Positions 18,315-26,036 of a stretch of 64,000 nucleotides of DNA are shown here, piece by piece. Origin of the DNA: Betaproteobacteria bacterium (lineage in GTDB: Bacteria; Pseudomonadota; Gammaproteobacteria; Burkholderiales; CAIKXV01); NCBI GenBank assembly GCA_021298815.1, contig JAJTHE010000040.1, forward strand, positions 3,999 through 67,998, written 5' to 3'. The position numbers were made by a program, and so were the translations under genes. How positions within the stretch are numbered: the stretch's first letter is position 1; the number at the start of each line of letters is the position of its first letter. The notes under the pieces are model-generated. The model was not told where the DNA came from and ran no database searches. It saw only the letters and a list, made by a program, of their open reading frames with translations.

Positions 18315-19193
18315 TCACAGCCGGTCGACCGGCAGCTTCAGGTAGCGCACCCCGTTGTCTTCCGGCGGCGGCAGGTCCCCTGCCCGGATGTTCACCTGTA
18401 TCGCAGGCAGGATCAGCACGGGCATCGCGAGCGTCGCGTCGCGCCGCTCGCGCATCTCGACGAACGCCGATGCGGCGATGCCGTCGCGCACATGGATGTT
18501 GCCCGTGCGCTGCGCCGCCACGGTGGTGACCGGGCACGGCGCCCGTCCGTCCGGCGGATAGTCGTGGCACATGAACAGCCTGGTCTGCGCGGGCAGTTCG
18601 AGCAGCGCACGGATCGACCGGTACAGCGTGGCCGCATCGCCGCCCGGGAAGTCACAGCGCGCCGTGCCCACGTCGGGCGGGAACAGCGTATCGCCGAGGA
18701 ACACGGCGTCGCCGACACGGTAGGCACAGTCGGCCGGGGTATGGCCGGGCACGTGCATCACGACCGCCTCGAGCGCGCCGATGCGGAAGGCCTCGCCCGG
18801 CTCGAACAGGTGGTCGAACTGCGAGCCATCGGTGGCGAACTCCGGGCCGAGGTTGAACACCTGGGCGAACACCGACTGCACGGCGCGGATGGATGCCCCG
18901 ATGCCGATGCGCCCGCCCAGCCGTTCGCGCAGCCAGCGCGCGGCACTGAGGTGGTCGGCGTGCGCGTGGGTCTCGAGGATCCACTCGACGCGCAGCGACA
19001 GGCGCTCGACCGCGTCGACCACTCGCTGCGCGGACACGCGCGAGGTACGGCCGGACTTCGGATCGAAGTCCAGGACCGGGTCGACGATCGCGCAGCCGCT
19101 GCCGGCGCCTGCATGCACGACATGGGTGAAGGTGCAGGTGACCGGATCGAACAGCGACTCCACCTGCGGGACCGTCGCGACGGCTGCATCCAT
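18315..19193 (-). CDS. MBL-fold metallohydrolase, ETHE1/persulfide-dioxygenase-like
   Basis: Track ORF 18315..19265 trimmed to ATG 19193 (GGAAGGAGG SD). It has the HAHADH metal motif, and GDTLFPPDVGTARCDFPGGDAATLYRSIRALLELPAQTRLFMCHDY parallels the ETHE1-type C-terminal motif. Confidence 0.8.
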   Translation of the reverse strand: MDAAVATVPQVESLFDPVTCTFTHVVHAGAGSGCAIVDPVLDFDPKSGRTSRVSAQRVVDAVERLSLRVEWILETHAHADHLSAARWLRERLGGRIGIGASIRAVQSVFAQVFNLGPEFATDGSQFDHLFEPGEAFRIGALEAVVMHVPGHTPADCAYRVGDAVFLGDTLFPPDVGTARCDFPGGDAATLYRSIRALLELPAQTRLFMCHDYPPDGRAPCPVTTVAAQRTGNIHVRDGIAASAFVEMRERRDATLAMPVLILPAIQVNIRAGDLPPPEDNGVRYLKLPVDRL

Positions 19194-19207
19194 TTGCGCC
19201 TCCTTCC

Positions 19208-19411
19208 TCAGCGCCCGGCCTTCATCGGGCAGGTGTTGATGCCGAGCAGCGTATAGGCCGGGCAAAAGCCGAACAATGCCGTGCCGAGCGGCACCAGGCC
19301 GATGAGCCCGAACCAGCGCGCGCTGCCTTCGAGCAGGAACACCAGGGAAAGGATGCCCAGCCCGGCGACGATGCGCAAGGTCTTGTCGATCGATCCGACG
19401 TTCTTTTCCAT
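19208..19411 (-). CDS. DUF2892 (YgaP-like) small membrane protein
   Basis: Track ORF 19208..19543 trimmed to ATG 19411 (GGAGAG SD). MEKNVGSIDKTLRIVAGLGILSLVFLLEG..LIGLVPLGTALFGFCPAYTLLGINTC is the typical two-TM DUF2892 pattern. It sits 14 nt upstream of the MBL gene. Confidence 0.8.
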   Translation of the reverse strand: MEKNVGSIDKTLRIVAGLGILSLVFLLEGSARWFGLIGLVPLGTALFGFCPAYTLLGINTCPMKAGR

Positions 19412-19468
19412 CTTGTCTCTCCTTCGGTGGGTGAAGCGGATGGACGGATCCTGCGCGCTCCCGGTCGC

Positions 19469-19496
19469 GGCGTCGGTGACCGCGGTCACCGACGCC
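19469..19496. promoter_or_regulatory. 28-bp perfect palindrome GGCGTCGGTGACCGCGGTCACCGACGCC with GTGA-N6-TCAC core
   Basis: Read directly and checked base by base. It lies between the Crp/Fnr-type gene stop (19571) and the DUF2892 start (19411). The core has CRP/FNR-family half-site spacing. Confidence 0.5.
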
Positions 19497-19570
19497 TGCG
19501 GCCCGCGCCGGCGCGCCAGGCTCCGCTGCGCACGGGCCCGCATGGAGCGCGCCCGGGCGCGCGCTCGCGC

Positions 19571-20251
19571 TCAGCCTGCCGCGGAAGCGACTGCGCGCAG
19601 CCGCACGGGATCGAGGATCTCTATGCGCTCGCGAGACAGCCGCACCAGGCCGTCATCGGCGAAGTGATGCAGCAGGCGGGTGACGATCTCGCGCACGCTG
19701 CCCAGCTCGTCCGCGATCGACTGGTGGGTGACCTGCAGCACGCGGCCGCGGCCAAGCAGCAGCGCGGCCAGCCGCTGGTCGAGGCGCTGGAAGGCGACGG
19801 CTTCGACCAGCGCCATCAGTTCGCCGAGCCGGGCCGAGAACAGCGAGAACACATAGGTGCGGAAGGATTCGTCGCCCGCGACGAGCCTGCGGAACACCGG
19901 CTCGGGCACCGCGACCAGCCGCGCCTCCCGCTCCACCACGCCGCGCGCCGAATACGCGGTTCGCCCGACCAGGCAGCCGGAGGTCAGCACGCAGGCTTCA
20001 CCGGCATGCACCCTGTACAGGAGGATCTCGCGTCCGGTGGACGATACCTTCGACACCCGGATCGCGCCCTCCAGCAGGAACGGCATCGCCTCGCAGGCGG
20101 CATGGTCATCGAACATCAGCGTGCCGGCCGGTACCTCGAGCAGGCGCGCCTGGTCGACCAGCGCATCGAAGCTTTCCGCCGGCAGCCCGGCCAGCACCGG
20201 ATACGCTGCGCGCAGTTCTTCCGCGACGGCGACGCCGATCGGCCCGCTCAT
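19571..20251 (-). CDS. Crp/Fnr-family transcriptional regulator (no FNR-type N-terminal Cys cluster)
   Basis: 226-aa track ORF with a cNMP-binding-like beta-barrel (FLLEGAIRVSKVSSTGREILLYRV) and a C-terminal HTH (VTHQSIADELGSVREIVTRLLHHF). The start overlaps the stop of the ATPase gene (ATGA 20248-20251). Confidence 0.85.
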   Translation of the reverse strand: MSGPIGVAVAEELRAAYPVLAGLPAESFDALVDQARLLEVPAGTLMFDDHAACEAMPFLLEGAIRVSKVSSTGREILLYRVHAGEACVLTSGCLVGRTAYSARGVVEREARLVAVPEPVFRRLVAGDESFRTYVFSLFSARLGELMALVEAVAFQRLDQRLAALLLGRGRVLQVTHQSIADELGSVREIVTRLLHHFADDGLVRLSRERIEILDPVRLRAVASAAG

Positions 20252-23046
20252 GCGGATCGGGACGTCGACAGCACGGCGGCAGGCGCCGCAGGCCCGGCAC
20301 CCGCAGCCGCGGCACCGGTCGGCATCGTGGTCGATGTCCGCGGCGGATCATCCGACAGCAGCCGCATCGCGTTGCCGACCACCAGCAGCGAACTCGCGGA
20401 CATGCCGATCGCGGCCACCCAGGGCGTGACCAGCCCGGCGACCGCCAGCGGCACCGCGACCAGGTTGTATGCCGTCGCCCACAGCAGGTTGCCGCGGATC
20501 ACCCGCAGCGCGCGCCGCGACATCCGGATCGCACCGAGCAGCGACCGCATGTCGGCCTGCTCGCCACGGGCGAGCCACACCATGTCCGCCGCTGCCTGCG
20601 CTACCTGGGTGCCGGACGCCGGCGCGATCGACACCTGTGCCCCGGCGAGCACCGGGGCATCGTTCACGCCGTCGCCGAACATCGCGACGACCCCGCCGCC
20701 CGCCTGCAGGTCGCGCACGAACGCCAGCTTGGCCTCGGGCGACATCCCGCCCTGCACCGGCAACCGTCGTCCCGGGGCAGGCGTGCCCGGCTCGATGCCC
20801 AGTGCCGCGGCGACCGCCGCGACCGTGCCCGGATGGTCGCCCGACAGCAGCATCACCGTCGCTCCATCCGCCTGCAGGCCGGCGACCAGTTCGCGCGCCC
20901 CGGGACGCAGCTGGTCGGCCAGCATGAACGTGGCGAGCACGCCCTGCGCGTCGCCCAGCAGCACGCAGGTCTCGCCGCGCTGCATCGCGACGGCCGCCGC
21001 TGCACCTGCCTCGGCTGCGTCCATGCCCGCCGCGTCCGCCGCGGGCCGCACCGCCGGCGAGGCAGCATCCTGCACCGTGGGCGCGGCCGACAGCGCCGCG
21101 ACGAACGCCGGCGTGCCGAGCCTGAGCAGGATGCCGTCGACCCGGCCCTCGACGCCGCCGCCGGCGACATGCCGCAAGCCCTCCACGACCGGTGGCAGGG
21201 CGTCCGCGCCGGCGGCCGCCAGCGCGTCCCGCACATGGGCCGCCAGCGCCAGGCCCAGCGGATGCTCGGAACGCTGCTCCAGCGCGGCGACCGCGCGCAG
21301 CAGGTCGACCACCGCCGGACTGCCCTGCGCGCGCGCCGCGCCGGATCGCGGCTGGAAGTCGGTCACGCGCAGGCTGCCGGTGGTGAGCGTGCCGGTCTTG
21401 TCGAACACGAACACCGAGGCCCGCGCCAGCGTCTCGATCGCATGGCCACGGGTGGGCAGCAGCCCGAAGCGCGCCAGCGCGCTCGCGGCCGCGGCGAGCG
21501 CCGCCGGCGTGGCGAGCGACAGCGCGCAGGGACAGGTGATCACCAGCACCGCGACCGTCACCCACAGCGCATGCGCCGGGTCATGCCATCCCCACCACAG
21601 GGCCGTGGCCGCTGCGACCAGCAGCAGCCCGAGCACGAACTGCCCGGCCACCCGGTCGGCCAGCGCGGCCAGCGGCGGCTTCTCGGACGCCGCGCGATCG
21701 AGCAGCCGCACGATCCCCGCAAGCACGGTCTGCTCGCCGATGCGCTCGACCCGGATGACGAGCGGCGACACCAGGTTCACCGCGCCGCCGGTGACCGGGG
21801 CCCCGGCGGCGCGCAGCACCGGGCGGCTCTCGCCGGTCAGCAGCGCTTCGTCGACCTCGCCCTCGCCGTCCAGCACGCGGCCATCGGCCGGGATGCGTTC
21901 GCCCGGGCGCACCAGCAGCACGTCGCCGGCCTTCAGCCGTACCACCGGCACGGTCTCGACGGGCTGTTGCAACGGCCAGGCCGGCAGCAGGCTGGCGGTG
22001 GCCGGGATGAGCCGTGCCAGTTCGTCGGTCGCGCGCGCGGCGCGCGCGCGCACCTGCGACTCGAGATAACGCGCACCGAGCAGCAGGAACAAGAACATCG
22101 TGACCGAATCGAAATAGACATCGCCGACGCCGGTGAGGGTGGCGAACACGCTCGCCCCGAACGCTCCCCCGATGCCGATCGCCACCGGCACGTCCATGCC
22201 GACGCGGCGCGCACACAGGTCGCGCCAGGCCGCGCTGAAGATGGGTGCCGCCGAGTACACGATCACCGGCAACGTAAGGATGAGCCCCGCCCAGCTCATC
22301 AGCCGGTCGACATCGGCGGTCATGTCGCCGTCGGCGATCCAGACCGGGAACGCGTACATCATCACCTGCATCATGCCCAGGCCGGCGATCGCCAGCCGCG
22401 CCAGCGCGCGCTTGCGCTCGACCCGGTGCAGGTCGTCCATGCGCGTCGCGTCGTACGGGCTCGCGCGGTAGCCGATGCTCGCGATCGCCGACAGGATCGA
22501 AGACAGAGACCCGCGTGCGGCGTCCCAGCGCACCCGCGCACGGCGGGTCGCATAGTTGACCTCAACCCCGGTGACCCCGGGCACGCGCGCCAAGGTGCGT
22601 TCGGTCAGCCAGACGCAGGCGGCGCAGGTGATGCCTTCGATCAGCAGCGCCGCTTCGCGCTCGTCGTGCGCCTGGCCGTCGCGCGCTACCCGCGCACCCA
22701 CGGGCCCGGGCACCGTCCGGACGAACGAGGCCTGCACCGCCGGGTCGTCGTACAGCAGCAGTTGCGCCAGCGACTGCGGCATGGCCTCGGCGGCCGACGC
22801 CGGCATGGACTCGCGGTGTTCGTAGTAGCGCTCGAGGCCGCCATCGACGATGGCCATCGCCACCGCGCGGCAGCCGGTGCAGCACATCTCGCGCGCATGG
22901 CCACCGATGGTGACGGTGAGCCCGGACACCCCGCCCAGCGGCAGCCCGCAGTGGAAGCAGAGCCCGTCCGCGGGTGCCACGGTGGACGGGCCTGCGCGGC
23001 CGTCATTGCTGCGGGATGCCCCGGGCGTCGATTCCGCTTCCTTCAT
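20248..23046 (-). CDS. ccoI: Heavy-metal (copper) translocating P1B-type ATPase, FixI/CcoI-like
   Basis: Track ORF 20248..23100 trimmed to ATG 23046 (GGGAGG SD). It has the FixI-type N-terminus CFHCGLP..CCTGC, an HMA domain GITCAACV, and the CPC, DKTGTLT, SEHPLG and GDGVNDAP motifs. Confidence 0.9.
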   Translation of the reverse strand: MKEAESTPGASRSNDGRAGPSTVAPADGLCFHCGLPLGGVSGLTVTIGGHAREMCCTGCRAVAMAIVDGGLERYYEHRESMPASAAEAMPQSLAQLLLYDDPAVQASFVRTVPGPVGARVARDGQAHDEREAALLIEGITCAACVWLTERTLARVPGVTGVEVNYATRRARVRWDAARGSLSSILSAIASIGYRASPYDATRMDDLHRVERKRALARLAIAGLGMMQVMMYAFPVWIADGDMTADVDRLMSWAGLILTLPVIVYSAAPIFSAAWRDLCARRVGMDVPVAIGIGGAFGASVFATLTGVGDVYFDSVTMFLFLLLGARYLESQVRARAARATDELARLIPATASLLPAWPLQQPVETVPVVRLKAGDVLLVRPGERIPADGRVLDGEGEVDEALLTGESRPVLRAAGAPVTGGAVNLVSPLVIRVERIGEQTVLAGIVRLLDRAASEKPPLAALADRVAGQFVLGLLLVAAATALWWGWHDPAHALWVTVAVLVITCPCALSLATPAALAAAASALARFGLLPTRGHAIETLARASVFVFDKTGTLTTGSLRVTDFQPRSGAARAQGSPAVVDLLRAVAALEQRSEHPLGLALAAHVRDALAAAGADALPPVVEGLRHVAGGGVEGRVDGILLRLGTPAFVAALSAAPTVQDAASPAVRPAADAAGMDAAEAGAAAAVAMQRGETCVLLGDAQGVLATFMLADQLRPGARELVAGLQADGATVMLLSGDHPGTVAAVAAALGIEPGTPAPGRRLPVQGGMSPEAKLAFVRDLQAGGGVVAMFGDGVNDAPVLAGAQVSIAPASGTQVAQAAADMVWLARGEQADMRSLLGAIRMSRRALRVIRGNLLWATAYNLVAVPLAVAGLVTPWVAAIGMSASSLLVVGNAMRLLSDDPPRTSTTMPTGAAAAGAGPAAPAAVLSTSRSA

Positions 23047-23074
23047 CCGCGTTGGCCTCCCGCATCGTCGACGC

Positions 23075-23674
23075 CTAGAACTTGTAGCCGACGCCCACAC
23101 CCAGCACCACCGGATCGATCTTCAGGCTGGACACGAAAGCCCCGGCCGCCGTCTTCACGTCGGTGTCGATCCAGATCTTCTTGAGGTCGACGTTCAGGTA
23201 CCAGTTCCCGGACAGCCGGTAGTCGAAGCCGGCCTGGATCGCGCCTCCGGTGCTGGTCTTGTCGACGGTGAGTGCACCGCCGGCGAGGTCGACATCGTAG
23301 AATCGGGTGTAGTTCAGTCCCACGCCGACGTATGGCTTGAAAGCCTGCGACGGCATGAAATGGTACTGCAGCAGCAGCGTCGGCGGCAGGTGCTTGACCG
23401 TGCCCACGCTCGCGCCGGCGTTGGTCACCGTATGCCGCTGGGTCGCGAGGATCAGTTCGACCGCGATGTTCGGCGTGAAGAACCAGCTCAGGTCGAGCTC
23501 CGGCGTGACTTCGTTGGACACGCCCAGGTTGAGCGGCGACGAACTCTCGTTCGGCATGATGCTCAGCAACCGCCCACGCACCATCAACTGGGCGTTGGCA
23601 TCCGGTGCCGGCAGCATAGCCGCGGTTCCGGTGGCCATCATCGCAGCGGCGGCAAGCGATCGGGAGATCTTCAT
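23075..23674 (-). CDS. ompW: OmpW-family outer-membrane beta-barrel protein
   Basis: Track ORF 23075..23740 trimmed to ATG 23674 (AAGGAAAG SD). A signal peptide MKISRSLAAAAMMATGTAAMLPAPDANA is followed by alternating beta-strand sequence ending in GVGVGYKF. Confidence 0.85.
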   Translation of the reverse strand: MKISRSLAAAAMMATGTAAMLPAPDANAQLMVRGRLLSIMPNESSSPLNLGVSNEVTPELDLSWFFTPNIAVELILATQRHTVTNAGASVGTVKHLPPTLLLQYHFMPSQAFKPYVGVGLNYTRFYDVDLAGGALTVDKTSTGGAIQAGFDYRLSGNWYLNVDLKKIWIDTDVKTAAGAFVSSLKIDPVVLGVGVGYKF

Positions 23675-23751
23675 TTTTCTTTCCTTCTTCCTGATGGGAA
23701 CGGTTTCGGTGAGCAGCGACACGATGCTAAGTCCGACCACGCCGCCGCGGG

Positions 23752-23765
23752 TTGATGTAGGTCAA
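23752..23765. promoter_or_regulatory. FNR/Anr-type box TTGATgtagGTCAA (one mismatch to TTGAT-N4-ATCAA)
   Basis: Read directly in the divergent ompW/aat intergenic region. Its centre is about 85 nt upstream of the ompW ATG. Confidence 0.45.
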
Positions 23766-23833
23766 CCGCCGTTCATCCCGAGGCCTGCGGGCGGGCGCCG
23801 CGGCCAGGCGCGCGGGCCGCGTAGAATCGAGGG

Positions 23834-24622
23834 ATGATCGCGTGGCTCGAAACCGACGATCCGTTCCCGCCGCTGGCCGCCGCGCTGTCGGAACCCGCCG
23901 GGCTGCTCGCGGCCGGCGCCGACCTCTCCGCGCGACGGCTGGTCGATGCCTATGCGCGCGGCATCTTCCCCTGGTTCAACCCGGGCGACCCGATCCTCTG
24001 GTGGAGCCCGGACCCGCGCATGGTGCTGCTGCCGGCGGAACTGCATGTGCGCCGGTCGTTGCGCAAGCGCCTGCGGCAGCAAGGCCACGAGGTGCGCGTG
24101 GATACCGCGTTCCGCGAGGTGATCACCGCCTGCGGCGCGCCGCGCAATGGCCAGAACGGCACCTGGATCACGGCGCAGATGGCCGATGCCTACTGCACGC
24201 TGCATGCGCTGGGCATCGCGCATTCGGTCGAGACCTGGATCGACGGCCGGCTGGCCGGCGGGCTGTACGGCATCGCGCTCGGGCGGGTGTTCTTCGGCGA
24301 GTCTATGTTCACGCGCGTGCCCGATGCGTCGAAGATCGCCTTCGTCCACCTCGTGCGCCAGCTCGAACGATGGGGCTTCGGCCTGATCGACTGCCAGATG
24401 CGCACCGAGCACCTGGCCAGCTTCGGCGCGCGCGAGATACCGCGGGCGGATTTCGCGGCACGGCTCGCGGAGTTGCTACACTACGAAGGGTGGGGTCCCG
24501 GTGGATCCTCGCCCGACCCGGCAGGCGGCCCGGGGAAGCTTCCGTACAGTGCATGGCCGGGCGGCTGCCATCGCATCGATCCGGACCTCACCGACGGCGA
24601 ACCGGCGCCGGACCTGCGCTGA
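23834..24622 (+). CDS. aat: Leucyl/phenylalanyl-tRNA--protein transferase
   Basis: 262-aa track [46 protein letters not shown] and GFGLIDCQ are classic Aat motifs. It has a ~30-aa Pro/Gly-rich C-terminal tail. Confidence 0.9.
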   Translation: MIAWLETDDPFPPLAAALSEPAGLLAAGADLSARRLVDAYARGIFPWFNPGDPILWWSPDPRMVLLPAELHVRRSLRKRLRQQGHEVRVDTAFREVITACGAPRNGQNGTWITAQMADAYCTLHALGIAHSVETWIDGRLAGGLYGIALGRVFFGESMFTRVPDASKIAFVHLVRQLERWGFGLIDCQMRTEHLASFGAREIPRADFAARLAELLHYEGWGPGGSSPDPAGGPGKLPYSAWPGGCHRIDPDLTDGEPAPDLR

Positions 24623-24667
24623 CACCACGTTGAACCGACGACGCCCAGAAGCCCAGACGCCAACACG

Positions 24668-25423
24668 ATGACCCGGCTCAACGACTTCCCGATCTCGGTG
24701 CTGCAGTTCTACACCACGGCGCGCTATCCGTGCAGCTACCTGCCCGACCGGATGGCACGGTCGCAGGTCGCCACGCCAAGCCACCTGATCGACAGCGCGG
24801 TCTACAGCGAACTGGTGCGTTCGGGCTTCCGCCGCAGCGGCGCATTCACCTACCGGCCCTACTGCGACAGCTGCCGGGCCTGCGTGCCGGTGCGCATCCT
24901 GGTCGACGCCTTCGAACCCACGCGCGCGCAGAAGCGCGCGTCGGTGCGCCACTCGACGCTGTCTTCCGAACTGCTCGATCTGCGCTATTCGCCGGAGCAC
25001 TACGCGCTCTACCTGCGCTACCAGGCCCTGCGCCATTCCGGCGGCGGCATGGACCACGACAGCCGCGAGCAGTACCGGCACTTCCTGCTCCAGAGCAACA
25101 TCCGTTCGCACCTGGTCGAGTTCCGGGACCCGGAGGCCGCCGGGCGCACGCTGCGCATGGTGAGCATCGTCGACCGGCTGGAAGACGGCCTGTCTTCCGT
25201 GTACACCTTCTTCGAGCCGAACGCGCCGGGCGCGAGCTACGGCACCTACAACATCCTGTGGCAGGTCGACCTCTGCCGCCGCCTCGGGCTGCCCTACCTC
25301 TACCTCGGCTACTGGATCGGCCAGAGCCGGAAGATGGCCTACAAGGTGAACTTCCAGCCGATGGAAGGCCTGATCGACGGTCGCTGGCAGCCGCTGCCGC
25401 GGCATCGCGCCGGCCACCGCTGA
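24668..25423 (+). CDS. bpt: Arginyl/leucyl-tRNA--protein transferase (bacterial ATE-type, Bpt)
   Basis: 251-aa track ORF. CSYLPDR..FRRSG...[16 protein letters not shown] and the C-terminal [12 protein letters not shown] are typical of the family. It is adjacent to aat, as in many proteobacteria. Confidence 0.9.
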   Translation: MTRLNDFPISVLQFYTTARYPCSYLPDRMARSQVATPSHLIDSAVYSELVRSGFRRSGAFTYRPYCDSCRACVPVRILVDAFEPTRAQKRASVRHSTLSSELLDLRYSPEHYALYLRYQALRHSGGGMDHDSREQYRHFLLQSNIRSHLVEFRDPEAAGRTLRMVSIVDRLEDGLSSVYTFFEPNAPGASYGTYNILWQVDLCRRLGLPYLYLGYWIGQSRKMAYKVNFQPMEGLIDGRWQPLPRHRAGHR

Positions 25424-25454
25424 GCCGCCGGTCCGGCAGGCGCCCCGCCGCACG

Positions 25455-25931
25455 ATGGCTGACCTCCTCCCCGGACGCCAGCCCCTGCCGGTCGCGTACA
25501 TCGACGAATCCGCCTGCATCGGCTGCACGATCTGCATCCAGAAATGCCCGGTCGACGCGATCGTCGGTGCCAGCCGGCGCATGCACACGGTGATCTCCGC
25601 CGAGTGCATCGGCTGCAAGCTGTGCATCGCGCCCTGCCCGGTCGACTGCATCACGATGCGCGATGCGCCCGACGGGCAGCCGCGGCCCGATCCCGCCGTG
25701 GTGCGCGAGCGCCACCGCTTCCGGCAACTGCGGCTGGCACGCGAGCCCGCCGAGCGTGCAGGGCGCCTCGCGGCCAAGGCACAGGCGAAGCTGGCCAGCC
25801 TGGAACAGGCACCGCCCGAAGCGGACACCGATCGCAGGCGCTCGGTGATCGAGCGCGCCCTGGCGCGCGCGCGAGAACGACAGGCCGCGGCCGGCACGCC
25901 GCCCCGCCCCGTTCCGCCCGCTGGCGGCTGA
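25455..25931 (+). CDS. 2x[4Fe-4S] ferredoxin, RnfB-related
   Basis: 158-aa track ORF with two CxxCxxCxxxCP motifs ([24 protein letters not shown]) followed by a charged helical tail. Confidence 0.85.
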   Translation: MADLLPGRQPLPVAYIDESACIGCTICIQKCPVDAIVGASRRMHTVISAECIGCKLCIAPCPVDCITMRDAPDGQPRPDPAVVRERHRFRQLRLAREPAERAGRLAAKAQAKLASLEQAPPEADTDRRRSVIERALARARERQAAAGTPPRPVPPAGG

Positions 25932-26036
25932 GCCGGGGACCGCAGCCGCTGCCGGTGCGTCCGGGCGCAACACGGGCCCGGCCACGCATCGTGTAGCCTA
26001 CGCGCATCTTCCGCATCGTTCGCGCCGCCCGCCTTC

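Noticed and set aside
23822-23827. TAGAAT hexamer 6 nt before the aat ATG, which would suggest a leaderless aat mRNA.
   Set aside because: There is no -35-like element at the proper distance. It is a single weak hexamer, which is insufficient evidence.
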